In this document: piece after piece, positions 1 to 12,900 of the stretch
How positions within the stretch are numbered: the first letter of the stretch is position 1
Layout of the letters: every line of letters starts with the position of its first letter
Assembly (NCBI RefSeq): GCF_009914755.1
Contig: NC_060929.1
Strand: one strand, 5' to 3'
Source of the DNA: the human T2T-CHM13v2.0 reference genome, Homo sapiens
Length of the DNA: 64,000 bases
The notes under the pieces: model-generated
The model's database searches: none
What the model saw: the letters and a program-made list of their open reading frames with translations, nothing else
What the model was told of the DNA's origin: nothing
Translations under genes and position numbers: made by a program

Positions 1-589
1 TTAGAATTTTAGGCTCTAGTCCTATATTTATTTAATCTGAAAATACTATGCCTAGAATTCATTAAATAATACCTTACTAAAAATACTTAATGAGTTATAC
101 TTTAGTATTATCCCTGTGGACTTAAGATATATTTAAGTGGTGATCACCAAAAACACTTATGAAGTTTAATTTTTAGTAATGGCACACCAGAAAGAGTTTT
201 GGACTAATTCTCCCACTGGAAAAGAAAAAGGGAAAATTGAACAAAACAAAACAAAAATCTGTCTGAAGGCACTGAAGAGCTACCAAGTACAGAGAAATTT
301 CAGGCCCAAGACCCATGAAAAGACACAACACAAGAGGGGTAAGACTACCAAGAAGTCCCAGAAAACACACTAGCTTTGGCTTAGGGTCTTGAGGTTCGCC
401 ATGTGGGATCAAGGATTAAATGGGAAAAGGTCAGCTCTTGTGTGGACTGAAGCTCACATTTTTTTCATACCAGTATTTAGTTGGGGTTAAGTGTTCTGAG
501 ACTGATAATGATACTCGCCTAGTTGCCTGCCAGTTGCAAAATGCTTTGGAGAAATATAAGATAATCTAAAGCTTAAAATTGTCTATACA

Positions 590-1173
590 ACTAATAAAAA
601 AAATTATGTGACACTCAATCGCAGAAAATCAGATATCCAAAAAACAAAATTAATGAAAACCAAGGGACAAAGAGAGAAAATAGAAAAAAAAAGAAATCCA
701 GTTAATTTAGCTACATGCAGATGTTAAAATCACAGTGTTAACAAATGAATTTTTAAAAACAAAACAGAATTAATTTGGAAATACAAAAAAATGAAAATTC
801 TAAAGTTAAAAAATAGAATGACTAAAAAGAACTCAACAGATAATGTTAAAGCAAGAGTAGATTTAGTTGAGGAGAGAATTAGTGAACTTGAAGACAAATT
901 ATAAATTATCTAGGCTGAAGATGGAGAGACAGTGGATGCAAAGCCCAGGGAGGAAAAAGCAGAAAAGGAATACATGAACCTCACAGAGGACAAATGCAAT
1001 GAACACCGCACTTAGGTGCAAAGGGTTTATCAGGTAAAAAAAAACAACAAGACTAACTTTAAAATTAGACAAAGATGAGAGAATGACTTCTGGAATGGCA
1101 GTGTAAAGAGACCTGTAGAAACAACCAACCACCACTGGTTAAAATTTTGATATGTATAGTTTTATATATAATA

Positions 1174-1207
<34 letters not shown>

Positions 1208-1221
1208 TGTATATATATATG

Positions 1222-1261
<40 letters not shown>

Positions 1262-2951
1262 CATATATATATATATCTTTGGAATGCCCTTGGGAATTGT
1301 CCTAAGGGCATGTAACAAATGAAGGAACACTTATTCAAGAAAATCTATTAATTCTCACCAAGGACAGTGAGATTCTACGGCATTTGAGCTTCAGACTGAA
1401 AGTAAGTAACCTTAGCAATTCAAATCCCTCCCCTCAACATAAAAACACAGATCATCAGCAAAGGCCATCATGTACTTATAAAAGGTGGCATGATTGCATA
1501 TTTTTTCTCCTTTCTTCTCTTAACTAACATAAAAAAGCAATACTATAAACTAACATTTATGTAATTGTATTAGTGGGCTTATAACCTATAGAAATATATT
1601 TGATCAAGGATGTGTTTGGGACCAAAGCTATATTGGGGTGAAGAAATGATACCAAATGGTAACTTGAAATCGAAAGAAAACAATGGAGAAAGCCACAAGG
1701 GTAAATACGAAGTCTAACACGAAAACTCTTGCAGAGAGTTTGAGGGATTTGGGGCCTAGCAAGGAAAAATATATGAACACGAGGTGGCAGTAAAGCACAA
1801 CAAGCTTTATTTCAGTGCTGCTTTGAGAGGATTGCCTGGGAGAGGAAAATTCCTCAGAGCCTGAGACCTTCTAAAGACAATGCCAGGGAGCCACAGCCCA
1901 GGAGGGGAGGGGTACACAGGGATTCCTGCAGGAGTGGGGGAACCGGGGAGAGTGCTCACTTATCTAGAGGCTATTGCTCAGCAGGATGATGAGAGGGAGG
2001 GTCTCCGGGTCAGAGAAATCCAAGGCAGCAGTGGTTTGGGGTTTTTATTGCCCAGGGCTTACTTTACCTATTACAAGTAGGTGTTGGGCATAGTTTTGTG
2101 GGTTATTCAGAAAAGGAAGGCTCTAAATGCCCACATTTTTGCTTCCTTGGGCTATAATTAAAACCTGTGTAAAAGAAATTTTCCACTAAACGTCTCAGGC
2201 TGCCATGATGAAGTAAACACAACAGGGCCAACATACAAGAGCTGTCTTTGACTCATTTATTTAACAACTCTTTAAGTACAGCTTTTCTCTTTTTTTCTTC
2301 CCTAACCTTCTTTAAAAGACATAAAATTATGCAGCAGGAGCTGTAATAGTGTTCTGTCACAATTGTAACACCTATAGATATAATAGACATAATAGTAATA
2401 ACACAGAAAAAGAAAAGAAATAGGCATATAAATAGCATTTATGTATTTTCTTACAATTAATTTAGTATAAATCTGAAGTTAATTTTGACAAGTTAATATG
2501 CATATTATCATCCCTAGAACAACCAGGAAGAAATTAACTCAAAAAATATAGTGAAAAGATTGTCAAAAGAATTACATTATTGCCTTAAAATAGTCACTTA
2601 ATTCAAAAGACGGTAGTAAGGGTAAACTAGAGAAAAAAAAAGACGATGTATAGAAAACAAAATGTAAAATGGCAGACATAAATCCAACAATATTAATAAT
2701 AACATTAAATGTGAATGGATAAAATAAGCAAATCAAAAGGCAGGGATTATGTCAGATTGGATAAAAAAAGTAAGATCCTATTAATGCTGTCTAGGGTAGC
2801 CATATTTTAATTCAAGTATACAAATAGGATGAAAGCAAAATCATGGAAAATATATATTATGCAAATAGTAATAATAGTAATCAACTGATGAATGGATAAA
2901 TAAAATGAAATATTTGACAGTAAAAAAGAATGAAGTTGTGGTACATGTTAC
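590..2951 (+). mobile_element. Fragmented ancient LINE-1 (L1M-type ORF1, ORF2-start and 3' remnants), interrupted by a microsatellite and a probable LTR piece
   Basis: A-rich + strand with L1-like motifs: gagagaattagtgaacttgaagacaaa (ORF1), acattaaatgtgaatgga...caaatcaaaaggcag (endonuclease start), gatgaatggataaataaaatg (3' region). Subfamily not determined. Confidence 0.65.
1173..1277. repeat. Compound (TG)n/(TA)n microsatellite
   Basis: Read directly from the sequence. Confidence 0.95.
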
Positions 2952-3360
2952 TGTCAGGCCTCTGAGCCCAAGCTAAGCCATCATATCCCCTGTGACCTGC
3001 ACGTACCCATCCAGATGGCCGGTTCCTGCCTTAACTGATGACATTCCACCACAAAAGAAGTGAAAATGGCCTGTTCCTGCCTTAACTGATGACATTGTCT
3101 TGTGAAATTCCTTCTTCTGGCTCATCCTGGCTCAAAAGCTCCCCTATTGAGCACCTTGTGACCCCCACTCTGCCCTCCAGAGAACAACCTCTTTTGGCTG
3201 TAATTTTCCTTTATCCACTCAAATCCTATAAAATGGCCCCGCCCCATCTCCCTTCACTGACTCTGTTTTCAGACTCAGCCCACCTGCACCCAGGTGATTA
3301 AAAGCTTTATTGCTCACACAAAGCCTGTTTGATGGCCTCTCCACAGGGAGGTGCATGAAA
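2952..3360 (+). promoter_or_regulatory. 5' LTR7 of HERV-H #1 (409 bp)
   Basis: Starts TGTCAGGCCTCTGAGCCCAAG, TATA box (cctataaaa), poly(A) signal ATTAAA, ends gcatgaaa, followed by the PBS. Confidence 0.95.
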
Positions 3361-3362
3361 TT

Positions 3363-3380
3363 TGGTGCCATGACTCGGAT
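3363..3380 (+). other. tRNA-His primer-binding site of HERV-H #1 (one mismatch)
   Basis: TGGTGCCATGACTCGGAT versus the tRNA-His 3' complement TGGTGCCGTGACTCGGAT. Confidence 0.92.
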
Positions 3381-6300
3381 CGGGGGACCTCCCTTGGGAG
3401 ATGAATCCCCTGTCCTCCTGCTCTTTGCTCCATGAGAAAGGTCCACCTACGACCTCAAGTCCTCAGACCGACCAGCCCAAGAAACATCTCACCAATTTCA
3501 AATCCGGTAAGAGGCCTCTTTTTAGTCTCTTATCCAGCCTCCCTCATTATCCCTCAACCTCTTTCTCCTTTCAATCTTGGCACCACACTTCAATCTCTCC
3601 CTTCTCTTAATTTCAATTCCTTTCATTTTCTGGGTAGAGATAAAGGAGACACATTTTATCCGTGGACCCAAAACTCCGGCGCTGGTTACGGACTAGGGAA
3701 GGCAGCCTTCCCTTGGTGTTTAATCATTGCAGGGACACCTCTCTGATTATTCACCCAGGTTTCAGAGGTGTCAGACCATGCAGGGATGCCTGCCTTGGTC
3801 TTTCACCCTCAGCGGCAAGTCCCGCTTTTCTTGGGGAGGGGCAAGTACCCCAACCCCTTCTCTCTGTGTCTCTACCCCTTCTCCGCCTTTCTGGGGGGCA
3901 AGAAACCCCCAACCCCTTCTCCTTCACACTTAGTGGCAAGTCCCGCTTTTCTGGGGGAGGGGCAAGTACCCCAACCTCGTATCTCTGTGCCCCAATCCCT
4001 TATTTCTGCGTTCCGACCTCTTATGTCTCTGTGCCCCGATCCCTTATTTCCACGTCCCAACCTCTTATATCTCTGCACCCTGATCCCTTATTTCCATGCC
4101 ATGACCTCGTATCTCTGTGCCCCGACCCCTTTCCCACTTTTCTGGAGGGTAAGAACCCCCGAACCGCTTCCCTCCATGTCTCTGCTGTCCCTTTTCTTTA
4201 AACTTGCCTCCTTCACTATAGGCAAACTTCCACCCTCCATTCCTCCTTATTCTCCCTTGCCTGTGTTCTTAAGAACATAAAACCTCTTCAACTCTCACCT
4301 GACCTAAAACCTAAATGCCTTATTTTCTTCTACAATGCTGCGTGACCCAATACAAACTCGACAGTGGTTCTAAACGGCCAGAAAGTGGCACTTTCCATTT
4401 CTCCATCCTACAAGACCTAAATAATTTTTGTCAAAAAATAGGTAAATGGTCTGAGGTGCCTGACGTCCAGGCATTCTTTTACACATCAGTCCCTCCCTAG
4501 TCTCTGTGCCCAGTGCAACTCATCCCAAATCTTCCTTCTTTCCCTCCCGCCTGTCCCCTCAGTCCCAACCCCAAGCGTTGCTGAGTCTTTCTTATCTTCC
4601 TTTTCTACAGACCCATCTGACCTCTCCCCTCCTCCCCAGGCTGCTCCTCGCCAGGCTGAGCTAGGACCCAATTCTTCCTCGGCCTCCGCTCCTCTACCCT
4701 ATAATCTTTTTATCACCTCCCCTCCTCACACCCGGTCTGGTTTACAGTTTCATTCCGTGAGTAGCCCTCCTCCATCTGCCCAGCAATTTCCTCTTAAAAA
4801 GGTGGCTGGAGCCACAGGCGTAGTCAAGGTTAATGCTCCTTTTCCTTTATCCCAAATCAGATAGCGTTTAGGCTCTTTTTCATCAAATATGAAAAACCCA
4901 ACCCAGTTCATGGCTCGTTCGGCAGCAACCCTGAGACGCTTTACAGCCCTAGACCCTAAAAGGTCAAAAGGTCGTCTTATTCTCAATATACATTTTATTA
5001 CCCAATCTGCTCCCAACATTAAATAAAACTCCAAAAATTAAATTCTGGCCCTCAAACCCCACAACAGGACTTAATTAACCTCACCTTCAAGGTGTACAAT
5101 TAATAGAGTAGAGGCAGCCAAGTAGCAACATATTTCTGAGTTGCGATTCTTTGCCTCTACTGTGAGACAAACCCCAGCTACATCTCCAGCACACAAGAAC
5201 TCCAAACGCCTGAACCGCAGCTGCCAGGGGTTTCTCCAGAACCTCCTCCCCCAGGAGCTTGCTACAAGTGCCGGAAATCTGGCCACTGGGCCAAGGAATG
5301 CCCACAGCCCAAGATTCTTCCTAAGCCATGTCCCATCTGTGTGGGACCCCACTGAAAATTGGACTGTTCAACTCACCTGGCAGCCACTTCCAGAGGCCCT
5401 GGAACTCTGGCCCAAGGCTCTCTGACTGACTTCTCCCCAGATCTTCTTGGCTTAACAGCTGAAGACTGACACTGCCCGATTGCCTCAGAAGCCTACAGGA
5501 CCATCACAGATGCTCTAGGAAACTCTCACAGTGGAAGGTAAGTCCGTCCCCTTCTTAATACAGAGGCTACTCACTCCACATTACCTTATTTTCAAGGGCC
5601 TGTCTCCCTTGCTTCCATAATTGTTGTGCATATTGATGGCCAGGCTTCTAAACCTCTTTAAACTCCCCAACTCTGGTGCCAACTTAGACAATACTCTTTT
5701 AAGTACTCCTTTTTAATTATCCCCACCTGCCCAGTTCCCTTATTAGGCCGAGACACTTTAAATTATCTGCTTCCCTGACTGTTCCTAGGCTACAGCCACA
5801 CCTCATTGCCACCTTTTCCCGCCGTTTAAAGCTTCCTTCACGTCCTCCCCTTGTATCTCCCCACCTTAACCCACAAGTATAAGACACCTCTACTCCCCCC
5901 TTAGTGACCAATCATGCACCCCTTACCATCCCATTAAAACCTAATCACTCTTACCCCGCTCAATGCCAATATCCCACCCCACAGCATGCTTTGAAAGGAT
6001 TAAAGCCTGTTATCGCTCACCTGTTACAGTATGGCCTTTTAAAGCCTATAAACTCTTCTTACCATTCCCATTTTACCTGTCCTAAAACCAGACAAGGCTT
6101 ACAGGTTAGTTCAGAATCTACGCCTTATCAACCAAATTGTTTTGCCTATCCACCCCGTGTTGCCAAAACCATATACTCTCTTATCCTCAATACCTCCCTC
6201 TACAACCCATTATTCTGTTCTGGATCTCAAACATGCTTTCTTTATTGCACCCTTCATCCCAGCCTCTCTTCCCTTTCACTTAGACTGACCCTGACACCCA

Positions 6301-8246
6301 TCAGGCTCAGCAAATTACCTGGGCTGTATTGCCGCAAGGCTTTGCAGATAGCCCCCATTACTTCAGTCAAGCCCAAATTTCATCCTCATCTGTTACCTAT
6401 CTCGGCATAATTCTCATAAAAACACACGTGCTCTCCCTGCTGATCGTGTCCATTTCATCTCCCAAACCTCAATCCCTTACAAAACAACAACTCCTTTCCT
6501 TCCTAGGCATGGTCAGTGTGGTCAGAATTCTTACACAAGAGCCAGGGCCGTACCCTGTAGCCTTTCTGTCCAAACAACTTGACCTTACTTTTTTAGCCTA
6601 GCCCTCATGTCTGCAAGTAGCAGCTGCCGCTGCTTTAATACTTTTAGAGGCCCTAAAAATCACAAACTACGCTCAACTCAATCTACATTTCTCATAACTT
6701 CCAAAATCCATTTTCTTCCTCATACCTGATGCATATACTTTCTGCTCCCCGGCTCCTTCAGCTGTAATCACTCTTTCTTAAGTCCCACAATTACCATTGT
6801 TCCTGGCCCAGACTTCAATCCGGCCTCCTACATTATTCTGGATACCACACCTGACCCTCATGACTGTCTCTCTCTGATCCACCTGACATTCACCCCATTT
6901 CCCCATATTTCCTTCTTTCCTGTTCCTCACCCTGATCACACTTGATTTATTGATGTCAGTTCCACTAGGCCTAATCGCCACACACCAGCAAAGGCAGGCT
7001 ATGCTATAGTACAAGCCACTAGCCCGCCTCTTAGAACCTCTTATTTCCTTTCCATCGTGGAAATCTAACCTCAAGGAAGTAACCTCTCAGTGTTCCATCT
7101 GCTATTCTACTACTCCTCAGGGATTATTCAGGCCCCCTCCCTTCCATACACATCAAGCTTGAAGATTTGCCCCCACCCAGGACTGGCAAATTAGCTTTAC
7201 TCAACATGCCCTGAGTCAGATAGCTAAAATACCTCTTAGTCTAGGTAGACACTTCCACTGGATAGGTACAGGGTCTGAGAAGGCCACCACAGTCATTTCT
7301 TCCCTTCTGTCAGACATAATTCCTCAGTTTAGCCTTCCCACCTCTATACAGTCTGATAACAGACCAGCCTTCATTAGTCAAATCAGCCAAGCAGTTTTTC
7401 AGGCTCTTAGTATTCAGTGAAACCTTTATATCCCTTACGGTCCTCCGTCTTCAGGAAAAGTAGAACGGACTAAAGGTCTTTTAAAAACACACCTCCCCAA
7501 GCTCAGCCACCAACTTAAAAAGGACTGGACAATACTTTTACCACTTTCCCTTCTCAGAAGTCAGACCTGCCCTCAGAATGCTACAGGATACAGCCCATTT
7601 GAGCTCCTGTATAGATGCTCCTTTTTATTAGGCCCCAGTCTCATTCCAGACACCAGACCAACTTAGACTGTGCCCCAAAAAAATTGTCATCCCTACTATC
7701 TTCTGTCTAGTCATACTCCTATTCACCATTCTCAACTACTCATACATGCCCTGCTCTTGTTTACACTGCCGGTTTACACTGTTTTTCCAAGCCATCACAG
7801 CTGATATCTCCTGGTGCTATCCCCAAACTGCCACTCTTAACTCTTGAAGTAAATAAATAATCTTTGCTGAAAGGACTATGCTGAATCTCCTTAGGCACTC
7901 TAATTAGATGTCCTGGGTCCTCCCAAATCTTAGACCTTTTATACCTGTTTTTCTCCTTCTGTTATTCCATTTAGTTTTTCAATTCATGCAAAACCATATC
8001 CAGGCCATCACCAATCATTCTAAATGACAAATGTCTCTTCTAACAGTCCCACAATATCACCCCTTACACAAAATCTTCCTTCAGCTTAATCTCTCCCACT
8101 CTAGGTTCCCATGCCACCCCTAATCCCGCTCAAAGCAGCCTTGAGAAACATTGCTCATTATCTCTCCATACCACCCCCAAAAAATTTTCACCATCCCAAC
8201 ACTTCAGCACTATTTCATTTTTCTTATTAATATAAGAAGACAGGAA

Positions 8247-8654
8247 TATCAGGCCTCTGAGCCCAAGCTAAGCCATCATATCCCCTGTGACCTGCACGTA
8301 CACATCCAGATGGCCGGTTCCTGCCTTAACTGATGACATTCCACCACAAAAGAAGTGAAAATGGCCTGTTCCTGCCTTAACTGATGACATTGTCTTGTGA
8401 AATTCCTTCTCCTGGCTCATCCTGGCTCAAAAGCTCCCCTACTGAGCACCTTGTGACCCCCACTCTGCCTGCCAGAGAACAACCCCCTTTGACTATAATT
8501 TTCCTTTATCTACTCACATCCTATAAAATGGCCCCACCCCTATCTCCCTTCGCTGACTCTTTTCGGACTCAGCCTGCCTGCACCCAGGTGATTAAAAGCT
8601 TTATTGCTCACACAAAACCTGTTTGATGGTCTCTTCACACGGACGCGCATGAAA
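8247..8654 (+). promoter_or_regulatory. 3' LTR7 of HERV-H #1
   Basis: Direct repeat of 2952-3360 with terminal TG mutated to TA. About 23 substitutions and 2 indels by eye. Followed by TSD GTTAC. Confidence 0.95.
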
Positions 8655-8659
8655 GTTAC

Positions 8660-9489
8660 AACTTGAAAATATGATACACACATTAGCAAAAAAGCATGCC
8701 AATTAAATGCAATTTATAGAAACACAACAAAAGAAACTCAGAAAAATGATGAAAAAAGATACGGTTCACATACAGCAAGATGGTGTAGCTCCACTCGTGA
8801 AACACAATGGACTTTAAAACAACAAGCCTTACTAGAAATAAAGGGAGATATTTCACAATAATAAAAGTTCAAAAATTAAGAATACATAAGAATTGTATAG
8901 GCTTATATCTCGAAAACATAAGCAAAATTTACCAGAACTAAAAAGATAAGCAAAATGCCTGATAGAATAAGAAGAAAAATGCTTTTAACACACCCAAATA
9001 AGCAGAAAAAATTAACATAATATTAAAATTTTGAACAAGATTAACAAATTTGATCTGAAGACAATGTATATAGACTTTTACTCAACAACTTTAGAATATA
9101 ACCTTTTCATGTGCATGCAAACAATTTGCCAAAACTGTGCATACGCTGAGCCATAAAGGAAGCATTAGTAAATTTTTAAGGATTGAATTCATGTTTTCAG
9201 ACTTAAGTGAAATAATCTAGAACCATGTTATTTAATGCCATTGAAGTTAAATTAAATATAACAAAAAAGATAACTAGGGTATCTTCACAGTTGGAAATTA
9301 AGCACTATACTTCTAAATATCTAATGTCCCCACCAAAATTACAATAGAAGGTTAAAGAAGCATTTTAAACTGAATGACAGTAAGCCAGTACATACCAAAA
9401 TGTGGCTTGAAATTAAAGGCATGGTTAGAGGGAAATTTAAAGACTTAAATATTGCAAGATTATGAAACAAGAAAGGCTGTAAATCAATG
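8660..9489 (+). mobile_element. Ancient L1 ORF2 (endonuclease-region) remnant between the two proviruses
   Basis: L1-like motifs agaatataaccttttc...atgtgcatgcaaacaatttgccaaa, ttggaaattaagc, agagggaaatttaaag. Resumes after 15279. Confidence 0.75.
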
Positions 9490-9940
9490 TGTCAGGCCTC
9501 TGAGCCCAAGCCAAGCCATCGCATCCCCTGTGACTTGCATGTATACTCCCAGATGGCCGGAAGTAACTGAAGAATCACAAAAGAAGTGAACATGCCCTGC
9601 CCCACCTTAACTGATGACATTCCACCACAAAAGAAGTGTAAATGGCCAGTCCTTGCCTTAACTGATGACATTACCTTGTGAAAGTCCTTTTCCTGGCTCA
9701 TCCTGGCTCAAAAATCATCCCCACTGAGCACCTTGCGACCCCCACTCCTGCCTGCCAGAGAACAAACCCCCTTTGACTGTAATTTTTCTTTACCTACCCA
9801 AATCCTATAAAATGGCCCCACCCTTATCTCCCTTCGCTGACTCTCTTTTTGGACTCAGCCCACCTGCACCCAGGTGATTAAAAGCTTTATTGCTCACACA
9901 AAGCCTGTTTGGTGGTCTCTTCACATGGATATGTGTGAAA
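9490..9940 (+). promoter_or_regulatory. 5' LTR7 of HERV-H #2 (451 bp, longer U3 type)
   Basis: LTR7 termini, two ACAAAAGA motifs (9577, 9627), TATA box, ATTAAA. Confidence 0.95.
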
Positions 9941-12900
9941 TTTGGTGCCGTGACTCAGATCGGGGGACCTCCCTTGGGAGATCAATCCCCTGTACTCCTG
10001 TTCTTTGCTCCGTGAGAAAGATCCACCTATGACCTCAGGTCCTCAGACCAACCAGCCCAAGGAACATCTCACCAATTTTAAATCAGGTAAGCGGCCTCTT
10101 CTTACTCTCTTCTCCAACCTCTCTCACTGTCCCTCAACCACTTTCTCCTTTCCACTCTTCAATCTCTCCCTTCTCTTAATTTCAATTCCTTTAATTTTCT
10201 GGGAGAGACAAAGGAGACACGTTTTATCCGTGGGCCCAAAACTCCGGCGCCGGTCACGGACTGGGAAGGCAGCCTCCCCTTGGTGTTTAATCATTGCAGG
10301 GACGCCTCTCTGATTATACACCCATGTTTCAAGGGTGTCAGACCACGCAGGGATGCCTGCCTTGGTCCTTCACCCTTAGCGGCAAGTCCCGCTTTTCTGG
10401 GGAAGGGGCAAGTACCACAACCCCTTCTCTCCTTGTCTCTACCCCTTCTTTGCTTTTCTGGGAGAGGGGCAAGTACCCCTCAACCCCTTCTCCTTCACCC
10501 TTAGCGGCAAGTCCCGCTTTTCTACCAGGCAATAACCCCCAATCCCTTATTTCCACGCACCAACCTCTTATCTCTGTGCCCCAATCCCTTATTTCCACAC
10601 CCCAACCTCTTATCTCTGTGCCCCAATCCCTTATTTCCATGCCCTGACCTCTTATCTCTGCACCCCAACCCCTTTTCCCACTTTTCTGGAAGGTAAGAAC
10701 CCCCGAACCCCTCCCCTCTGTTTCTCTACTCTCTCTTTTCTCTAGGCTTGCTTCCTTCACTATAGGCAACCTTCCACCCTCCATTCCTCCTTCTACTCCC
10801 TTGGCCTGTGTTCACAAAAACTTAAAACCTCTTCAACTCACACGTGACCTAAAACCTACAGGCCTTATTTTCTTCTGCAATGCCACTTGACCCCAATACA
10901 AACTCAACAGTAGTTCCAAATAGCCAGAAAATGGCACTTTCAATTTTTCCATCCTGCAAGATCTAAATAATTCTTGTTGTAAAATAGGCAAATGGTCTGA
11001 GGTGCCTGACATCCAGGCATTCTTTTACACATCAGTCCCTTCCTAGTCTCTGTGCCCAGTGCAACTCTTCCCAAATCTTCCTTCTTTCCCTCCCGCCTGT
11101 CCCCTCAGTCCCAACCCCAAGCGTCGCTGAGTCTTTCTAATCTTCCTTTTCTACAGACCCATCTGACCTCTTCCCTCCTCGCCAGGCCGAGCTAGGTCCC
11201 AATTCTTCCTCAGCCTCCGCTCCTCCACCCTATAATCTTTTTATCACCTCCCCTCCTCACACCTGGTCGGGCTTACAGTTTCTTTCCATGACTAGCCCTC
11301 CCCCACCTGCCCAGCATTTACTCTTAAAAAGGTGGCTGGAGCCAAAGGCATAGTCAAATTTAATGCTCCTTTTTCTTCATCCCAAATCAGATAGTGTTTA
11401 GGCTCTTTTTCATCAAATATAAAAATCCAGCCCAGTTCATGACTTGTTTGGCAGCAACCATGAGACACTTTACAGCCCTAGACCCTAAAAAGTCAAAAGG
11501 CCGTCTTATTCTCAAAACACATTTTATTACCCAATCTGCTCCCGACATTAAATAAAACTCCAAAAATTAAATTCCGGCCCTCAAACCCCACAACAGGATC
11601 TAATTAACCTCACCTTCAAGGTGTACAATTATAGAAAAAAGTTGCAATTCCTTGCCTCCACTGTGAGACAAACCCCAGCCACATCTCCAGCACACAAGAA
11701 CTTCCAAACGCCTGAACCGCAGCGGCCAGGCGTTCCTCCAGAACCTCCTCCCACAGGAGCTTGCTACATGTGCTGGAAATCTGGCCACTGGGCCAAGGAA
11801 TGCCCGCAGCCCAGGATTCCTCCTAAGCCGCGTCCCATCTGTGTGGGACCCCACTGAAAATCAGACTGTTCAACTCACCTGGAAGCCACTCCCAGAGCCC
11901 CTGGAACTCTGGCCCAAGGCTCTCTGACTGACTCCTTCACAGATCTTCTCGGCTTAGCGGCTGAAGACTGACACTGCCCGATGGCCTCGGAAGCCCCGTA
12001 GACCATCACGGACGCCGAGCTTCAGGTAACTCTCACAGTGGAAGGTGAGCCCGTCCCCTCTTAATCAATACGGAGGCTACCCACTCCACATTACCTTCTT
12101 TTCAAGGGCCTGTTTCCCTTGCCTCCATAACTGTTGTGGGTATTGACGGCCAGGCTTCTAAACCTCTTAAAACTCCCCAACTCTGTGCCAACTTAGACAA
12201 TACTCTTTTAACCACTCCTTTTTAGTTATCCCCACCTGCCCAGTTCCCTTATTAGGCCGAGACACTTTAACTAAATTATCTGCTTCCCTGACTATTCCTG
12301 GACTACAGCTGCATCTCATTGCCGCCCTTCTTCCCAATCCAAAGCCTTCTTTGTGTCCTCCTCTTGTATCCCCCCACCTTAACCCACAAGTATAAGATAC
12401 CTCTACTCCCTCCTTGGCAACCGATCATGCACCCCTTACCATCTCATTAAAACCTAATCACCCTTACCCCACTCAACGCCAATATCCCATCCCACAGCAC
12501 GCTTTAAAAAGATTAAAGCCTGTTATCACTTGCCTGCTACAGCATGGTCTTTTAAAGCCTACAAACTCTCCTTACAATTCCCCCATTTTACCTGTCTTAA
12601 AACCAGACAAGCCTTACAAGTTAAGTTCAGGATCTGCGCCTTATCAACCAAATTGTTTTGCCTATCCACCCCGTGGTGCCAAACTCATATACTCTCCTAT
12701 CCTCAATACCTGCCTCTACAACCCATTATTCTGTTGTAGATCTCAAACATGCTTTCTTTACTATTCCTTTGCACCCTTCATCCCAGCCTCTCTTTGCTTT
12801 CACTTGGACTGACCCTGACACCCATCAAGCTCAGCAAATTACCTAGGCTGTACTGCCGCCAAGCTTCACAGACAGCCCCCATTACTTCAATCAAGCCCAA

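Larger units (their letters stand above)
2952..8654 (+). mobile_element. HERV-H provirus #1 (~5.7 kb, deleted gag-pro-pol type, env largely absent, non-coding)
   Basis: Two LTR7-type LTRs. 5-bp target-site duplication GTTAC at 2947-2951 and 8655-8659. tRNA-His PBS. Gag zinc knuckle CYKCRKSGHWAKEC near 5260-5300. RT remnant LPQGFADSPHYF. Integrase remnant QSDNRPAF. Polypurine tract aagaagacaggaa at 8234-8246. Many stops and frameshifts. Confidence 0.97.

Noticed and set aside
1725-2240. Possible minus-strand LTR fragment (aagctttatt poly(A)-like motif, GC shift)
   Set aside because: Could not assign family or termini by eye.
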